Below, one piece after another: positions 28,963-38,210 of a stretch of DNA of 64,000 nucleotides. The position numbers were made by a program, and so were the translations under genes. The DNA is from Candidatus Obscuribacteraceae bacterium. GTDB taxonomy: Bacteria; Cyanobacteriota; Vampirovibrionia; Obscuribacterales; Obscuribacteraceae. The notes below the pieces were generated by a model. It saw nothing but the letters and a program-made list of their open reading frames with translations. It was not told the origin of the DNA and did not search any database. Within the stretch, counting starts at the first letter, position 1. Each line of letters begins with the position of its first letter. Where the stretch lies: positions 544,001 through 608,000 of the forward strand of contig JBGASG010000001.1 in assembly GCA_044229845.1 (NCBI GenBank), written 5' to 3'.

Positions 28963-28992
28963 TATTTAGCCATACGAGTGTATGGGCGTCAA
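28963..28992 (-). promoter_or_regulatory. imuA-imuB promoter with candidate SOS box CATAC-ACTC-GTATG
   Basis: Minus strand TTGACG (28992-28987), CC, CATACACTCGTATG (28984-28971), GC, TAAATA. Confidence 0.7.
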
Positions 28993-29175
28993 CTAGGAAA
29001 AGCCCCAAAACTCACTTTTTATCTTCGGAATAAAAGCGACTGTGTGGGGATTCTACGGATGACAAGCGATATGTCATTCGTATAGCCTAACGTCAACAAA
29101 ATATGGGCGGTTCGCATCTATCTATAAGGATGTGAACGGAAACTTTTGATTGGTGTTTGCTTAGAGGACTTGCGG

Positions 29176-30678
29176 ATGTCCGTAGCGATAAAAGAGCGTC
29201 CCGCGGCGGTAGTTGATACTGCTTCGGCAGAACTGATCTCAGCCAGCACCAAAATCGGTGCCGGTATGCAAATCGGCATCGGTGCCTTTGGTGCCTGGGC
29301 GCTGGGCGTTTCTTCCAACATCGGTTCGATGGCGTTTCTCTTCCACGGCTGCATGATCGCTTCGGGCGGACCGCTGGCTTCGGTGCTGGCGTGGACCATC
29401 GCCGCCTGCATGGCTTTGCCACTGGCCCTGGTGCTTGCCGAATTGTCGTCCATGTTTCCGTCGGCCGGCGGACCTTACGTCTACAAGTATTTCGCCCTCA
29501 AAAGGCTGGTGCCTGGCATGGGCGAATGCCTCGGTTTCCTCACCGGCTGGATCTTTTTCGTCTACCTGATTTCGGGCTATGCCTGCATGTCCAACGGTCT
29601 GGTCAACATGCTGAGCAATGCTATCTGGGGCGCGCCTCAGGCATCTCCACTCTGGTTCGGACCGGCGGTCATTATCGGTTTGTTCGGAAGTCTCACCGGG
29701 TTGAATTTGATGCAGGTCAAAGAGGCGAGCCGGCTCAATAACGTTTTCACCCTGCTAAAAGTCGCGGCTGTCCTGGCTTTCATCGGACTGGCACTGAATT
29801 GCCGGACGATGAGCTTCACCAACATTCTCTCCGTCAGCAACCTCAGTGGCGGCAGTAATCTGTTCGCCAATATTGCCGTAGTTCTGCCGCTGGCCATGGC
29901 TGGTTTCTCCGGGATCGAAATGGTCGGCTGCACCGCATCTGAAACCAAAGACGCCCGCAAAAGCGTACCGTCAGCGATTCTTCGCACGGTCCTGACAATC
30001 GCCATGATCTACATAACTATGTGTGTCGCTACATCCATAATTACGCCTTATGCATTGAGTGCCGACAAGACCATGGCAGTGGTGCCGGGCACGCATGTGA
30101 TCGCCACCGCTCCTGCTCTGGCTGAATTTCTGGGTGGTAAAGCCTGGGGTCTGGCGCTCACCATCGGCGTGATCATGTCAATCTTCAGCTGTGGTTTCTG
30201 CGGGCTTTTGGCGGCGGCGCGCACCAGTATGTCGATGGCGCAGACCGGGCTGTTTCCAGCGCAATTCGCCAAACTAGACAGCCGGACACGCGTCCCGAAA
30301 TACGCGTTGATTTTTCAGCTGGTCTTGCTGTGCGCCACCGGCTGTGGTGCCTTCCTGTTGGCTCGCCTAGGGGTGGTCCCGGATGCCTATAGTTTTCTGG
30401 GCGGTGCCTGCGGCTTCATTTATGGCGTGCTGGCTATGCTGTATGGCGTCTGTCTGATTGGACTTCGATACACCGATCCGACCATGCCGCGTCCTTTTCG
30501 GCTCGGACGCTCCGGCAATGCCGTTGCCTGGCTTTTCGCGCTTGGCTCGTTCGCTGTATTTGGTTTTGTCGCCTTCGGTTGCTCGCAGCTCTCCCACGAA
30601 ATCGCGGGGCTGGTGCTGCTTCTTTCCGGCCTACCTATATATGGCTATTACCGCTGGCGCGCCAGGTCGGCTGGCTAA
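29176..30678 (+). CDS. APC family amino acid permease
   Basis: LAELSSMFPSAGGPYVY, GFLTGW, FSGIE...ASETKDARKSVP, MPRPFRL; about 12 TM helices. Confidence 0.9.
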   Translation: MSVAIKERPAAVVDTASAELISASTKIGAGMQIGIGAFGAWALGVSSNIGSMAFLFHGCMIASGGPLASVLAWTIAACMALPLALVLAELSSMFPSAGGPYVYKYFALKRLVPGMGECLGFLTGWIFFVYLISGYACMSNGLVNMLSNAIWGAPQASPLWFGPAVIIGLFGSLTGLNLMQVKEASRLNNVFTLLKVAAVLAFIGLALNCRTMSFTNILSVSNLSGGSNLFANIAVVLPLAMAGFSGIEMVGCTASETKDARKSVPSAILRTVLTIAMIYITMCVATSIITPYALSADKTMAVVPGTHVIATAPALAEFLGGKAWGLALTIGVIMSIFSCGFCGLLAAARTSMSMAQTGLFPAQFAKLDSRTRVPKYALIFQLVLLCATGCGAFLLARLGVVPDAYSFLGGACGFIYGVLAMLYGVCLIGLRYTDPTMPRPFRLGRSGNAVAWLFALGSFAVFGFVAFGCSQLSHEIAGLVLLLSGLPIYGYYRWRARSAG

Positions 30679-30687
30679 AAAGCGGTC

Positions 30688-31053
30688 CTATTTGCAGCAT
30701 TCCGAACAGCTTTTGCAGCTGGCTATGCACGCATCCAGTTTTTTGTCGTTGGCGGCTTTACAGGCTTCCATGCACTTCTGGCAGGCCGCCACACAAAGCT
30801 CGTTTGCTTGCGACAGTAGTGGCGAATTGCGTTTTTTCAAATCTTCGGCGAGCTGGCAAATTTGTGCGCAGTCTTCTGTTGCTTTCCGGACGGCTGCGTA
30901 CTGTGCTCCCTTCTTGCCTTTGGCATAGGCGAGGACTTGCTTGCACTGAGCGGCGCATTCATGGCAGTTGATTTCACACTTGTCGGCACCTAAGACTGCC
31001 GGACCAGTCGCTAGCGAAAATAAGAGGGATGCCAGAGCGACAGTTTTTCTCAT
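30688..31053 (-). CDS. exported four-helix-bundle Cys-rich copper storage protein (Csp/DUF326-like)
   Basis: Signal peptide; 15 Cys in CxxxCxxC / CxxxC helical repeats. Confidence 0.75.
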   Translation of the reverse strand: MRKTVALASLLFSLATGPAVLGADKCEINCHECAAQCKQVLAYAKGKKGAQYAAVRKATEDCAQICQLAEDLKKRNSPLLSQANELCVAACQKCMEACKAANDKKLDACIASCKSCSECCK

Positions 31054-31219
31054 TGAGCATGTCCTCGCTGCATGGTTTCTCCACTAGTTATACCCTATTG
31101 AACGGTTCGCTAAGGCATGTGCGGGTAACTAACAGCCGTCAGGTGGGCTTTTCACCCGATGAAACTTTTGCACGCTCGTCCCGTCAGAGCAACCGATGAG
31201 TTGAGAGGTTACCATTACA

Positions 31220-31639
31220 ATGACAATTCGAGAAGAACATGTAGTCGTCGAAGACTACACACCGATTTCAGAGCGAGTGCGCAACTCCTCCAACGTCGGT
31301 ATTACTTTGCTTGCACTGCTAGTCGTAGTGGCTGTCGCCATCACTGCATTTTTCTTTGCGCAATCGAATCATGATTCTCAAAGTCGGCTCCTGCAGCAGG
31401 AAACGCAAAACCGCTTGCTCGATCAACTGAGCCAACCAAAGCCGGCTGAAGTGCAGCCAGCTCCGCAGGTGATTCAGACACCGCCGCAAGTAATACAAGT
31501 GCCTGTGCCGCATGAAGTGAAAGTGCCGACTCCCGTCTATGTCCCGACACCGGCAGCGCAACCTGCTCAGCCAGCTCAACCAGCGCCCCAACCGGCGCAG
31601 CCGAGCGAACCGGCATCGCAAACCGAACCAGCTCAATAA
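31220..31639 (+). CDS. single-TM protein with Pro/Gln-rich tail
   Basis: GAGAGG RBS; TM helix followed by PAQPAQP repeats. Confidence 0.7.
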   Translation: MTIREEHVVVEDYTPISERVRNSSNVGITLLALLVVVAVAITAFFFAQSNHDSQSRLLQQETQNRLLDQLSQPKPAEVQPAPQVIQTPPQVIQVPVPHEVKVPTPVYVPTPAAQPAQPAQPAPQPAQPSEPASQTEPAQ

Positions 31640-31671
31640 GCAAGTACAAGTTACCGAGTAGGAACAGGGAA

Positions 31672-31699
31672 GAGCCTGCACCATATCCGGTGCGGGCTC
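31672..31699. terminator. hairpin between convergent genes (likely bidirectional terminator)
   Basis: GAGCCTGCACC-ATATCC-GGTGCGGGCTC stem-loop. Confidence 0.55.
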
Positions 31700-31706
31700 C
31701 TTACTG

Positions 31707-32939
31707 CTAGCCGGCCGGATTGGGGTCGGTTGTCACCGAGATATTTTCTACGTCCGCTTCCATGGGTGTTGTTCCTGGCGTGACTATCGAGACGTCGCCG
31801 CTGATTGGGGGCTTGGTCGGAACTGTCATGACCACGGTGTCGTCCAGAACCCGCTCCGGTTGTTGCTGGTTGGTCAAATGGCTGACGAGGACGTTGATGC
31901 AACACGCCGCGGGCAAAGAGAAAATAATACCCAACATGCCGTCGACGCGGGCACCGACCATGATGGCAACGAAAATCAAAATTGGGTGCACACCAATGAC
32001 ATTGCCCATGTATTTCGGACCGACCACGTTGTCTTTGACTTGTTGAATGACTAGAAAAATGACCGTGATGATAGTCATGTGGGCGAGGTTATTGCCGGGC
32101 GCATGCATGCCGCCGATTGCCACTGCCAGAAGTGCCGGCGCGAAGCCGATGGGCGGACCGATAACCGGCAATATCTCCCATGCCGCTAGAAAGACGCTAA
32201 GCACCAGTGCATACTCGACTCCCAGGCACAGATAGATCGCGCCCATCACCAGACCCATGAGGGCGGCGAGCACAATCTGTCCCTTGAAAAATGCCTGCAG
32301 TGTGCGGTCCATTTCCATGGCGATTTGATTGAGATCGCCGCGCATTCGTTCTGGAAAAAGCCGAATAATTCCTTCTTTGATGCGGTAACCGTCCATCAGA
32401 AAGTAAAACGTCACAACTGAAATCGAAATGCCGTACATGACCCAGGTCGCCGTCGACATGGCTACGTCGCTGACCCGTGACAAAAGAATGCCCGGATCGG
32501 GTTTTGGGATGCTGTTGGCGATGTTGGTGAAAATATCAATCGCCTTCACGTCGATGTGGCGCTCGCGTAGCTTCTCCTCGAGCGGACCCAGTTGCGTCAC
32601 TACCCATTGAATGAACTCCGGCAGTTTGTTGAATGTGGTCTCAACCATTTGTGTCAACTGCAGAACCAACTGCGGTACGACAAGAAATGCAGCCAGTACG
32701 GTGATGATCACAATGCTGGCGTAGACGATGATCACGCAGAGAGCGCGATTGCGCAGGTATTTCTGCAGAAAGTCGACCGCATTGATGAACAGATAAGAAA
32801 CAAGAACCGAGATACCTAAAATGCGCAGGATGTCCGCAAAATAACTGCCGATCAAAAACAGTATATAAAGCAGAGCCAGCGCTAAGAGCGCGACGGTCAG
32901 TTGCCTCTGAACGAGCTTTAGATCGATGTGGTCCTTCAT
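31707..32939 (-). CDS. AI-2E family transporter (PerM-like)
   Basis: FYFLMDG, FFKGQ, PVIGP, GPKYMGNVIGVHP...GIIFSLP. Confidence 0.9.
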   Translation of the reverse strand: MKDHIDLKLVQRQLTVALLALALLYILFLIGSYFADILRILGISVLVSYLFINAVDFLQKYLRNRALCVIIVYASIVIITVLAAFLVVPQLVLQLTQMVETTFNKLPEFIQWVVTQLGPLEEKLRERHIDVKAIDIFTNIANSIPKPDPGILLSRVSDVAMSTATWVMYGISISVVTFYFLMDGYRIKEGIIRLFPERMRGDLNQIAMEMDRTLQAFFKGQIVLAALMGLVMGAIYLCLGVEYALVLSVFLAAWEILPVIGPPIGFAPALLAVAIGGMHAPGNNLAHMTIITVIFLVIQQVKDNVVGPKYMGNVIGVHPILIFVAIMVGARVDGMLGIIFSLPAACCINVLVSHLTNQQQPERVLDDTVVMTVPTKPPISGDVSIVTPGTTPMEADVENISVTTDPNPAG

Positions 32940-32952
32940 TGTTGTGGTTTCG

Positions 32953-33672
32953 TCAATGCGTTTGAAGTTTTGCTTTCAAGTAATCGAGTTTGGCTTTGAT
33001 TTCAGCGAAGTCTGGGCTGTCGGGTGGGAAAAGGGGCGCGGCCAGCCGATACTCGAGCAGCGCCTCGTCGGGGCGCGAAACCTGCATCAGCAATTCTGCC
33101 ATGAGCTTATGGTATTTGCCCTCATTTGGTTTGAGAAGCAGCGCCATTTTCAATTCTTCCTCGGCCGCAGGTCCTTGATTCATCTGCATAAGCAATTGGG
33201 CAAGTCGGGAGCGAAACTCGGCATCCATAGGCTGCATGTCTCGTGCTTGTTGAAATTCTGTCCGCGCTTCATCAAGTTTATTTAGACGCTGCAAAATGAT
33301 GCCGTAATTGAAGTGGTAATCAGCACGATTGGAGCGCAATTTGATGGCCAGCGCGGCTTCTTTGGCAGCCTCATCGAGTTTGTTCTGGTCTTTGAGAACC
33401 ACTGCCAGATTGTTGTGTGCCGCCGGACCAGCGGCGAATAAACTAATTGCCTTCCGATATTCTTGTGCTGCTTCTTCCAAGCGGCCTGCCGCTTGCAGCT
33501 TTATGCCGCGCACGTTGCACTCACGGGCCAGGTCCTGCGGATCATTGCTGGCGGCTGGCTGGGACTGAGCCGCTACGGCGCCAATCCACAAGCAGGTACT
33601 CAACAACAGGCAGAGAAGTCCGGTCCTGAGTGTATTTAGTTGCCTATTTTTCTTGAACGTGAACTGGGTCAT
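32953..33672 (-). CDS. exported TPR protein
   Basis: Signal peptide; AAHNNLAVVL and ADYHFNYGIIL TPRs. Confidence 0.85.
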   Translation of the reverse strand: MTQFTFKKNRQLNTLRTGLLCLLLSTCLWIGAVAAQSQPAASNDPQDLARECNVRGIKLQAAGRLEEAAQEYRKAISLFAAGPAAHNNLAVVLKDQNKLDEAAKEAALAIKLRSNRADYHFNYGIILQRLNKLDEARTEFQQARDMQPMDAEFRSRLAQLLMQMNQGPAAEEELKMALLLKPNEGKYHKLMAELLMQVSRPDEALLEYRLAAPLFPPDSPDFAEIKAKLDYLKAKLQTH

Positions 33673-33778
33673 TGAGCTTCATTGTGTTGATCTAACTATC
33701 CTGTGCCCAGAAATGCTCCTGCTCATTGCAAGCCGCCGGCAAATGCACGCTAAGATCTGTGGGTGACTGGGGGGCTGC

Positions 33779-34771
33779 ATGAAGCTGAAAGTCGTGGTCG
33801 GTTTATTGGGTCTGTCGGCGTTGTTCAACGTTGCGGGTCTGGTTTTCATGATCGGCTACATTGACGCCCGGGGCGACGTAAAGCAACTCAAGAAGCAGCG
33901 CCAACAGATTGAGCAAAATCTAGCCATGGCGCAGTCCAGCGCCCTGGCTAAAGAACGCACTCCGGGCGGTTCGCCGACTGGCAGCACCAACGCTTCCAAT
34001 CCGGAGTTGGAGCGTTCGATAGAGCGTAAGTTCGCCAGTCATCTCGATGGCGTTGAGGATCAGTTCCGAGTGCTCTTGCCCCAGTGGTCGGGAGGTCCGC
34101 GCGAGTACACGCTGCTTGTCTACTTGCATGGAATGGGTTCGACCGAGCTGGAGCCGTTTCTGGTTCCGTCGGACACTTCGATAGCGCGCGGTCTGACCAG
34201 CGTCGATCGCAACACTTGCATCATCTCTTGCAGCTGCCGCAAAAAGCAGGCGTGGGGCAACGATGCTGCAATTGCCGATATTACGCAGAACATTCGCAAT
34301 GTCATGTATGAGTTGCCGTTCAAGCGCATCGTCATTTGCGGCACCTCGATGGGAGGTTGTACGGCGCTCAATTATGCGGCCAGCGCGCCACCTGATATCA
34401 AAGAGAAAATTTCCGGCATCATCTGTGTGGAGGGCGCTGGAGATGTGGCTGGCATTTATCATCAAACTCATACCGACGTGATTCGCACGGCTATGGCGGA
34501 AGCCTTTGGTGGCACTCCCGAGCAGGTTCCGCAGGTCTATGCGGCCAAGAGTTTCATCAACAAAATCGACAAGGTGCAAGCCGGCACGCGTTTTGCACTG
34601 GTCACCACCAGTGCCGATACCGTGGTGCCAGCAGCGCTGCAAATGGATGTGGTCCAGCGCCTGAAAGCCACCAGTCATCCGGTTAAGCAGTTTGAATTGG
34701 CAGGCGAACATCACGTGCCTCCATGGACTACGTTTGCCGATGCCTATCGATTCGTTTTGAACGGAAATTGA
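33779..34771 (+). CDS. alpha/beta hydrolase with N-terminal membrane anchor
   Basis: VYLHGMG, nucleophile elbow GTSMGG, DTVVP, late His (GEHH). Confidence 0.8.
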   Translation: MKLKVVVGLLGLSALFNVAGLVFMIGYIDARGDVKQLKKQRQQIEQNLAMAQSSALAKERTPGGSPTGSTNASNPELERSIERKFASHLDGVEDQFRVLLPQWSGGPREYTLLVYLHGMGSTELEPFLVPSDTSIARGLTSVDRNTCIISCSCRKKQAWGNDAAIADITQNIRNVMYELPFKRIVICGTSMGGCTALNYAASAPPDIKEKISGIICVEGAGDVAGIYHQTHTDVIRTAMAEAFGGTPEQVPQVYAAKSFINKIDKVQAGTRFALVTTSADTVVPAALQMDVVQRLKATSHPVKQFELAGEHHVPPWTTFADAYRFVLNGN

Positions 34772-34788
34772 AACACCTGCGAATATAA

Positions 34789-34809
34789 AAATCGTTATAG
34801 ATACGATAA
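34789..34809. promoter_or_regulatory. candidate NrtR operator upstream of nrtR
   Basis: AAATC-GT-TATAGAT-AC-GATAA fits the 21-bp GT-N7-AC NrtR palindrome. Confidence 0.5.
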
Positions 34810-34876
34810 CTGGGTGTTGTACCTGAACTGGTAAAGGGGCAGAATGACGTTATCCAGCCGGTAGCAGCGCGCCAAA

Positions 34877-35554
34877 ATGACCACCGAGAACGCAAAAGTA
34901 ACCGTCGATACCGTAGCATTCGCGGTTCATCAGACCACGCTGGAAGTACTTCTGGTGAAACGGAAGTACGACCCCTTCAAGGCTAGTTGGGCCTTACCGG
35001 GCGGCTTCGTCACCGACCAGGACGAGACCCTCGACCAAGCCGCGGTGCGCGAACTTTACGAAGAGACGAATGTCTCCAACGTTTATCTGGAGCAGCTTTA
35101 TTCGTTTGGCGATCAGGGACGTGACCCGCGCGGGCGGGTGATCACGGTGGCGTATCTGGTGCTGCTGCGCCAGGAAGGCTTGGAGTTGAAGGCCAGCTCT
35201 GATGCCAGCGGCGTTGCCTGGTGGCCTGTCAATGATTTGCCGACACTGGCGTTCGATCACGAGCGCATTATCAACTATGCTTACCAGCGCTTGAAGTATA
35301 AAATCGAATATTCGCCGGCGGCATTCAACTTGATACCAGACAAATTTACTTTGCGCGATCTGCAAACCGTCTATGAAGCAGTACTCGGGCGGCAGATCGA
35401 CAATCGCAACTTTCGCAAGAAGTTTCTCAGTTCGGGAGTTTTGCAAGAGCTGGACGAAACCAGCCAGGAGTCATCCTATCGCCCTGCCCGCCTCTATTCT
35501 TTTTCAGAGGCTGACTTCGAGAAACTGCCGGACCGGCCAGTGTTTGTGTTTTGA
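34877..35554 (+). CDS. nrtR: NrtR Nudix-related transcriptional regulator
   Basis: Nudix domain (WALPGGFV...AAVRELYEET, LEQLYSFG...RDPRGRVI, LAFDH) plus C-terminal wHTH (FTLRDLQTVYE...NFRKK...RPARLY). Confidence 0.88.
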   Translation: MTTENAKVTVDTVAFAVHQTTLEVLLVKRKYDPFKASWALPGGFVTDQDETLDQAAVRELYEETNVSNVYLEQLYSFGDQGRDPRGRVITVAYLVLLRQEGLELKASSDASGVAWWPVNDLPTLAFDHERIINYAYQRLKYKIEYSPAAFNLIPDKFTLRDLQTVYEAVLGRQIDNRNFRKKFLSSGVLQELDETSQESSYRPARLYSFSEADFEKLPDRPVFVF

Positions 35555-35593
35555 CTTACCAGTGCGTGCCCCGCTTTCAATGAGGACCAGCGA

Positions 35594-36832
35594 TTGACCA
35601 GGTCGAGGAGAACGAAGCCATTTGCATCACTGATTGCGGCGGCACTGATGGCCTGCACTGCCTGCGGTGCCATGGCTCAACTGCAGACATGGAGTCCTGA
35701 AGCCAGGTCGAAATCTCAAGCTCTGGTTTCTGCCTCGGTTTCGCTCCTGTTGAAGCGCCAATGGGATCTAGCCATCCAGAGTTTGACCAGGGCGACTGTC
35801 GCCGACGGCAGCGATCCGATTGCATTCGAGATGCTGGGATTGGCCCTGGGGGCGCGACACCGATTAAATGAGGCTCTGGACAACTTGCAGCACGCGTACT
35901 CTCTGGAGAAGTCGCCGGAGATCTTGCTCTCCACCGGAATCGTTTACTATCTCGACCATGACTATCAGGCCGCGCTCAACTCATATAGTCGGGCGTTGGA
36001 ACTGAAGTCCAACTGGATAGATATCGCCGGCAACATCGGCTACGCCTATTACCGCCAGGGTGACCTGCCGCGCGCCGAGGAGAACTTTCGGGCGCTGATT
36101 AAAGCTCATCCCAACTGGCAGTTCGGCTACCAGGGACTGGCGACGGTGCAATACTTGCGGGGACAATTTTCAGCCGCTCGCGGCAACGCCATGCATGCCG
36201 AGACCTTGCGCAGTTATGCGCCGACAATGCTTCTGCTGGCGAAGCTGGATATGCTGGAAGGGGACCTGGCTGGTGGAACAAAGCGCGTTTCACTCTACCG
36301 CTCGAAGCTCAAGAAAAATTTTGCCTGGCGCCCGATGACAGAGCTAGGCTTTCCCGTGCAGCGCGACTTCAAATGGGATCCATATATTGCTGATAATTAT
36401 GACAGCGGGACACTGCTTTTGGCTCGCGCCTCCGGCGGCGACGCAAAGAAGCGCGATTCGCTGGCCAAGCAAGGTGGTGCTGATTCTATGATCGCCACCA
36501 TATCTGATGCCCTGCGGGAGTCCCCGAATGATGTGATGCTCTTGCGAGACCTGGGGCTGGCGCAACTGGCTGCCGGGGCTAACGAAGATGCCGCCAAGTC
36601 GTTTTCCCAGGTGCTGCGACTGAGTCCCTCGTGCACGGTCGATCGCCTGCATTTAGCCCGAGCTCTGTCCGGCATGGGCAAAGACCAGGAAGCGGCTGAA
36701 CAAGTCGCTGCCTTTCAGCGTGCCGCACCGCGCGAGAAACTCTCTCCAGCCTTCACATCTTTGCTACAGCAGAAAGGAACCTCAGGCCCTGGTTCCGGCG
36801 GCGGAACAAAAGATAGCGGTTCTGGTTTTTGA
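35594..36832 (+). CDS. exported TPR protein
   Basis: Signal peptide; multiple TPRs (GNIGYAYYRQG, RDLGLAQL). Confidence 0.8.
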   Translation: MTRSRRTKPFASLIAAALMACTACGAMAQLQTWSPEARSKSQALVSASVSLLLKRQWDLAIQSLTRATVADGSDPIAFEMLGLALGARHRLNEALDNLQHAYSLEKSPEILLSTGIVYYLDHDYQAALNSYSRALELKSNWIDIAGNIGYAYYRQGDLPRAEENFRALIKAHPNWQFGYQGLATVQYLRGQFSAARGNAMHAETLRSYAPTMLLLAKLDMLEGDLAGGTKRVSLYRSKLKKNFAWRPMTELGFPVQRDFKWDPYIADNYDSGTLLLARASGGDAKKRDSLAKQGGADSMIATISDALRESPNDVMLLRDLGLAQLAAGANEDAAKSFSQVLRLSPSCTVDRLHLARALSGMGKDQEAAEQVAAFQRAAPREKLSPAFTSLLQQKGTSGPGSGGGTKDSGSGF

Positions 36833-36858
36833 AAACGGCGTTAAAATAGCTCTGACGA

Positions 36859-38208
36859 TTGCGGAGCGAGATCACATTGGTTTCCAACGATCCGACGCCA
36901 AAAGCCTCACGGACGGAAGATTTGCAGGATCCAAACTTCGGTCAGATCAGCGCCGATCTGCTCGACACAAACAAGAGTTATCGCTGCCATGTCTATCGCA
37001 TGTCCGATGAAATGATGCAGGCGCTCACTGAACATACGTCATTCACCGCTAACTTCGATGCGCCGACTATGCGAACTGCGGTCATGGACCTCTGGAAGAA
37101 CCAGGGGACGGTGATTATCGCGATTGAGCGCAACGCCAAGCCGAAGGATATCAGCGTCCGATATCCCAAAGACCGCTGGACGGTTCTAGAGACACTGACT
37201 GTTGAGGCTGAAGGGATGAAACCTTCGGTTAAAACCGAATACGGTGCTGTAAAGCTGGCAGGCAAAGTCTTCACGACCGTAGCCAAGACGCTCAATATTC
37301 CTCCGGACATGATGCCTGAGATTCTCCTGCGCATTAATCTGAAGGACAAAACTTTTGCTGTTATCGCTGAAGAGTGGCTGGCGGAAAAGCTGCCGCCGGA
37401 TGCGATGACAGCTGCAGCGGTAGCCGGTGTATCGGCGACCGCCGCACCAACCGAGATTGCGCCGGAAGTAAGGGCGACCGAAGACCCCGCCCAGTCTGAG
37501 AAACCCGCGGTGCCTGCAGTCGATGAGGCGGCTGATAAAGCTAAGGCGGCATCAAAGTCCAAGGCACCAAAATCAGTATCACCACAGAGTAACGATATGG
37601 ATCAACAACAAAAGTACTCCACGTATTCGCGGAGCGAAGTCGATCAATTGTTGAAACAACAGGCTGAGCAACTGGCTGCCACCCTGGGCGCGAAGATCTC
37701 GCAACAGCAGCGCGCGCTTCAAGAAGCCATGGAGAAGCAGGAGAAGAGCTTTGGACGGATGACTGAGTCGATGTCATCTACGATGGACACGGCGCGCACC
37801 AAACTGGAAACCGCATCTAAGGCGGCGAGCGATCAGACTGCCAAGGACCTGGAAGAGTTCAAAAAGACCCTGGGCAAAGAATTGGAAAATTACCGCGCTT
37901 CCATCAATAAAGCCAGTACGCGAGAGGTCAGCAAACCGGCGGCTGCTGGCGAGAGCACTCCTAAAGTGGAGAAGGCACCGACGACGATTCCGTCTCCTTC
38001 CGGACCGGTCGTGGTAGGTGGTCCGCCGGCTCGCGATCAGGTTGTGATGGCGCTTTTAGTGGCAGCAATCGTTGCTGCCATGGTCAACATGATTACGATC
38101 ATGCTCAGCGTCAGCGACGTGAAAGAACATCTGGTCGGCATCGAGTCCAAACTGAATCAGATGTCTCCAACTACCGCTCCGGGAACAGCGCCCGCCACGC
38201 CCAAGTAG
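36859..38208 (+). CDS. hypothetical protein with coiled coil and C-terminal TM helix
   Basis: Long ORF; globular N-domain, Ala/Pro linker, heptad region, hydrophobic VVMALLVAAIVAAMVNMITIML. Confidence 0.7.
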   Translation: MRSEITLVSNDPTPKASRTEDLQDPNFGQISADLLDTNKSYRCHVYRMSDEMMQALTEHTSFTANFDAPTMRTAVMDLWKNQGTVIIAIERNAKPKDISVRYPKDRWTVLETLTVEAEGMKPSVKTEYGAVKLAGKVFTTVAKTLNIPPDMMPEILLRINLKDKTFAVIAEEWLAEKLPPDAMTAAAVAGVSATAAPTEIAPEVRATEDPAQSEKPAVPAVDEAADKAKAASKSKAPKSVSPQSNDMDQQQKYSTYSRSEVDQLLKQQAEQLAATLGAKISQQQRALQEAMEKQEKSFGRMTESMSSTMDTARTKLETASKAASDQTAKDLEEFKKTLGKELENYRASINKASTREVSKPAAAGESTPKVEKAPTTIPSPSGPVVVGGPPARDQVVMALLVAAIVAAMVNMITIMLSVSDVKEHLVGIESKLNQMSPTTAPGTAPATPK

Positions 38209-38210
38209 AA

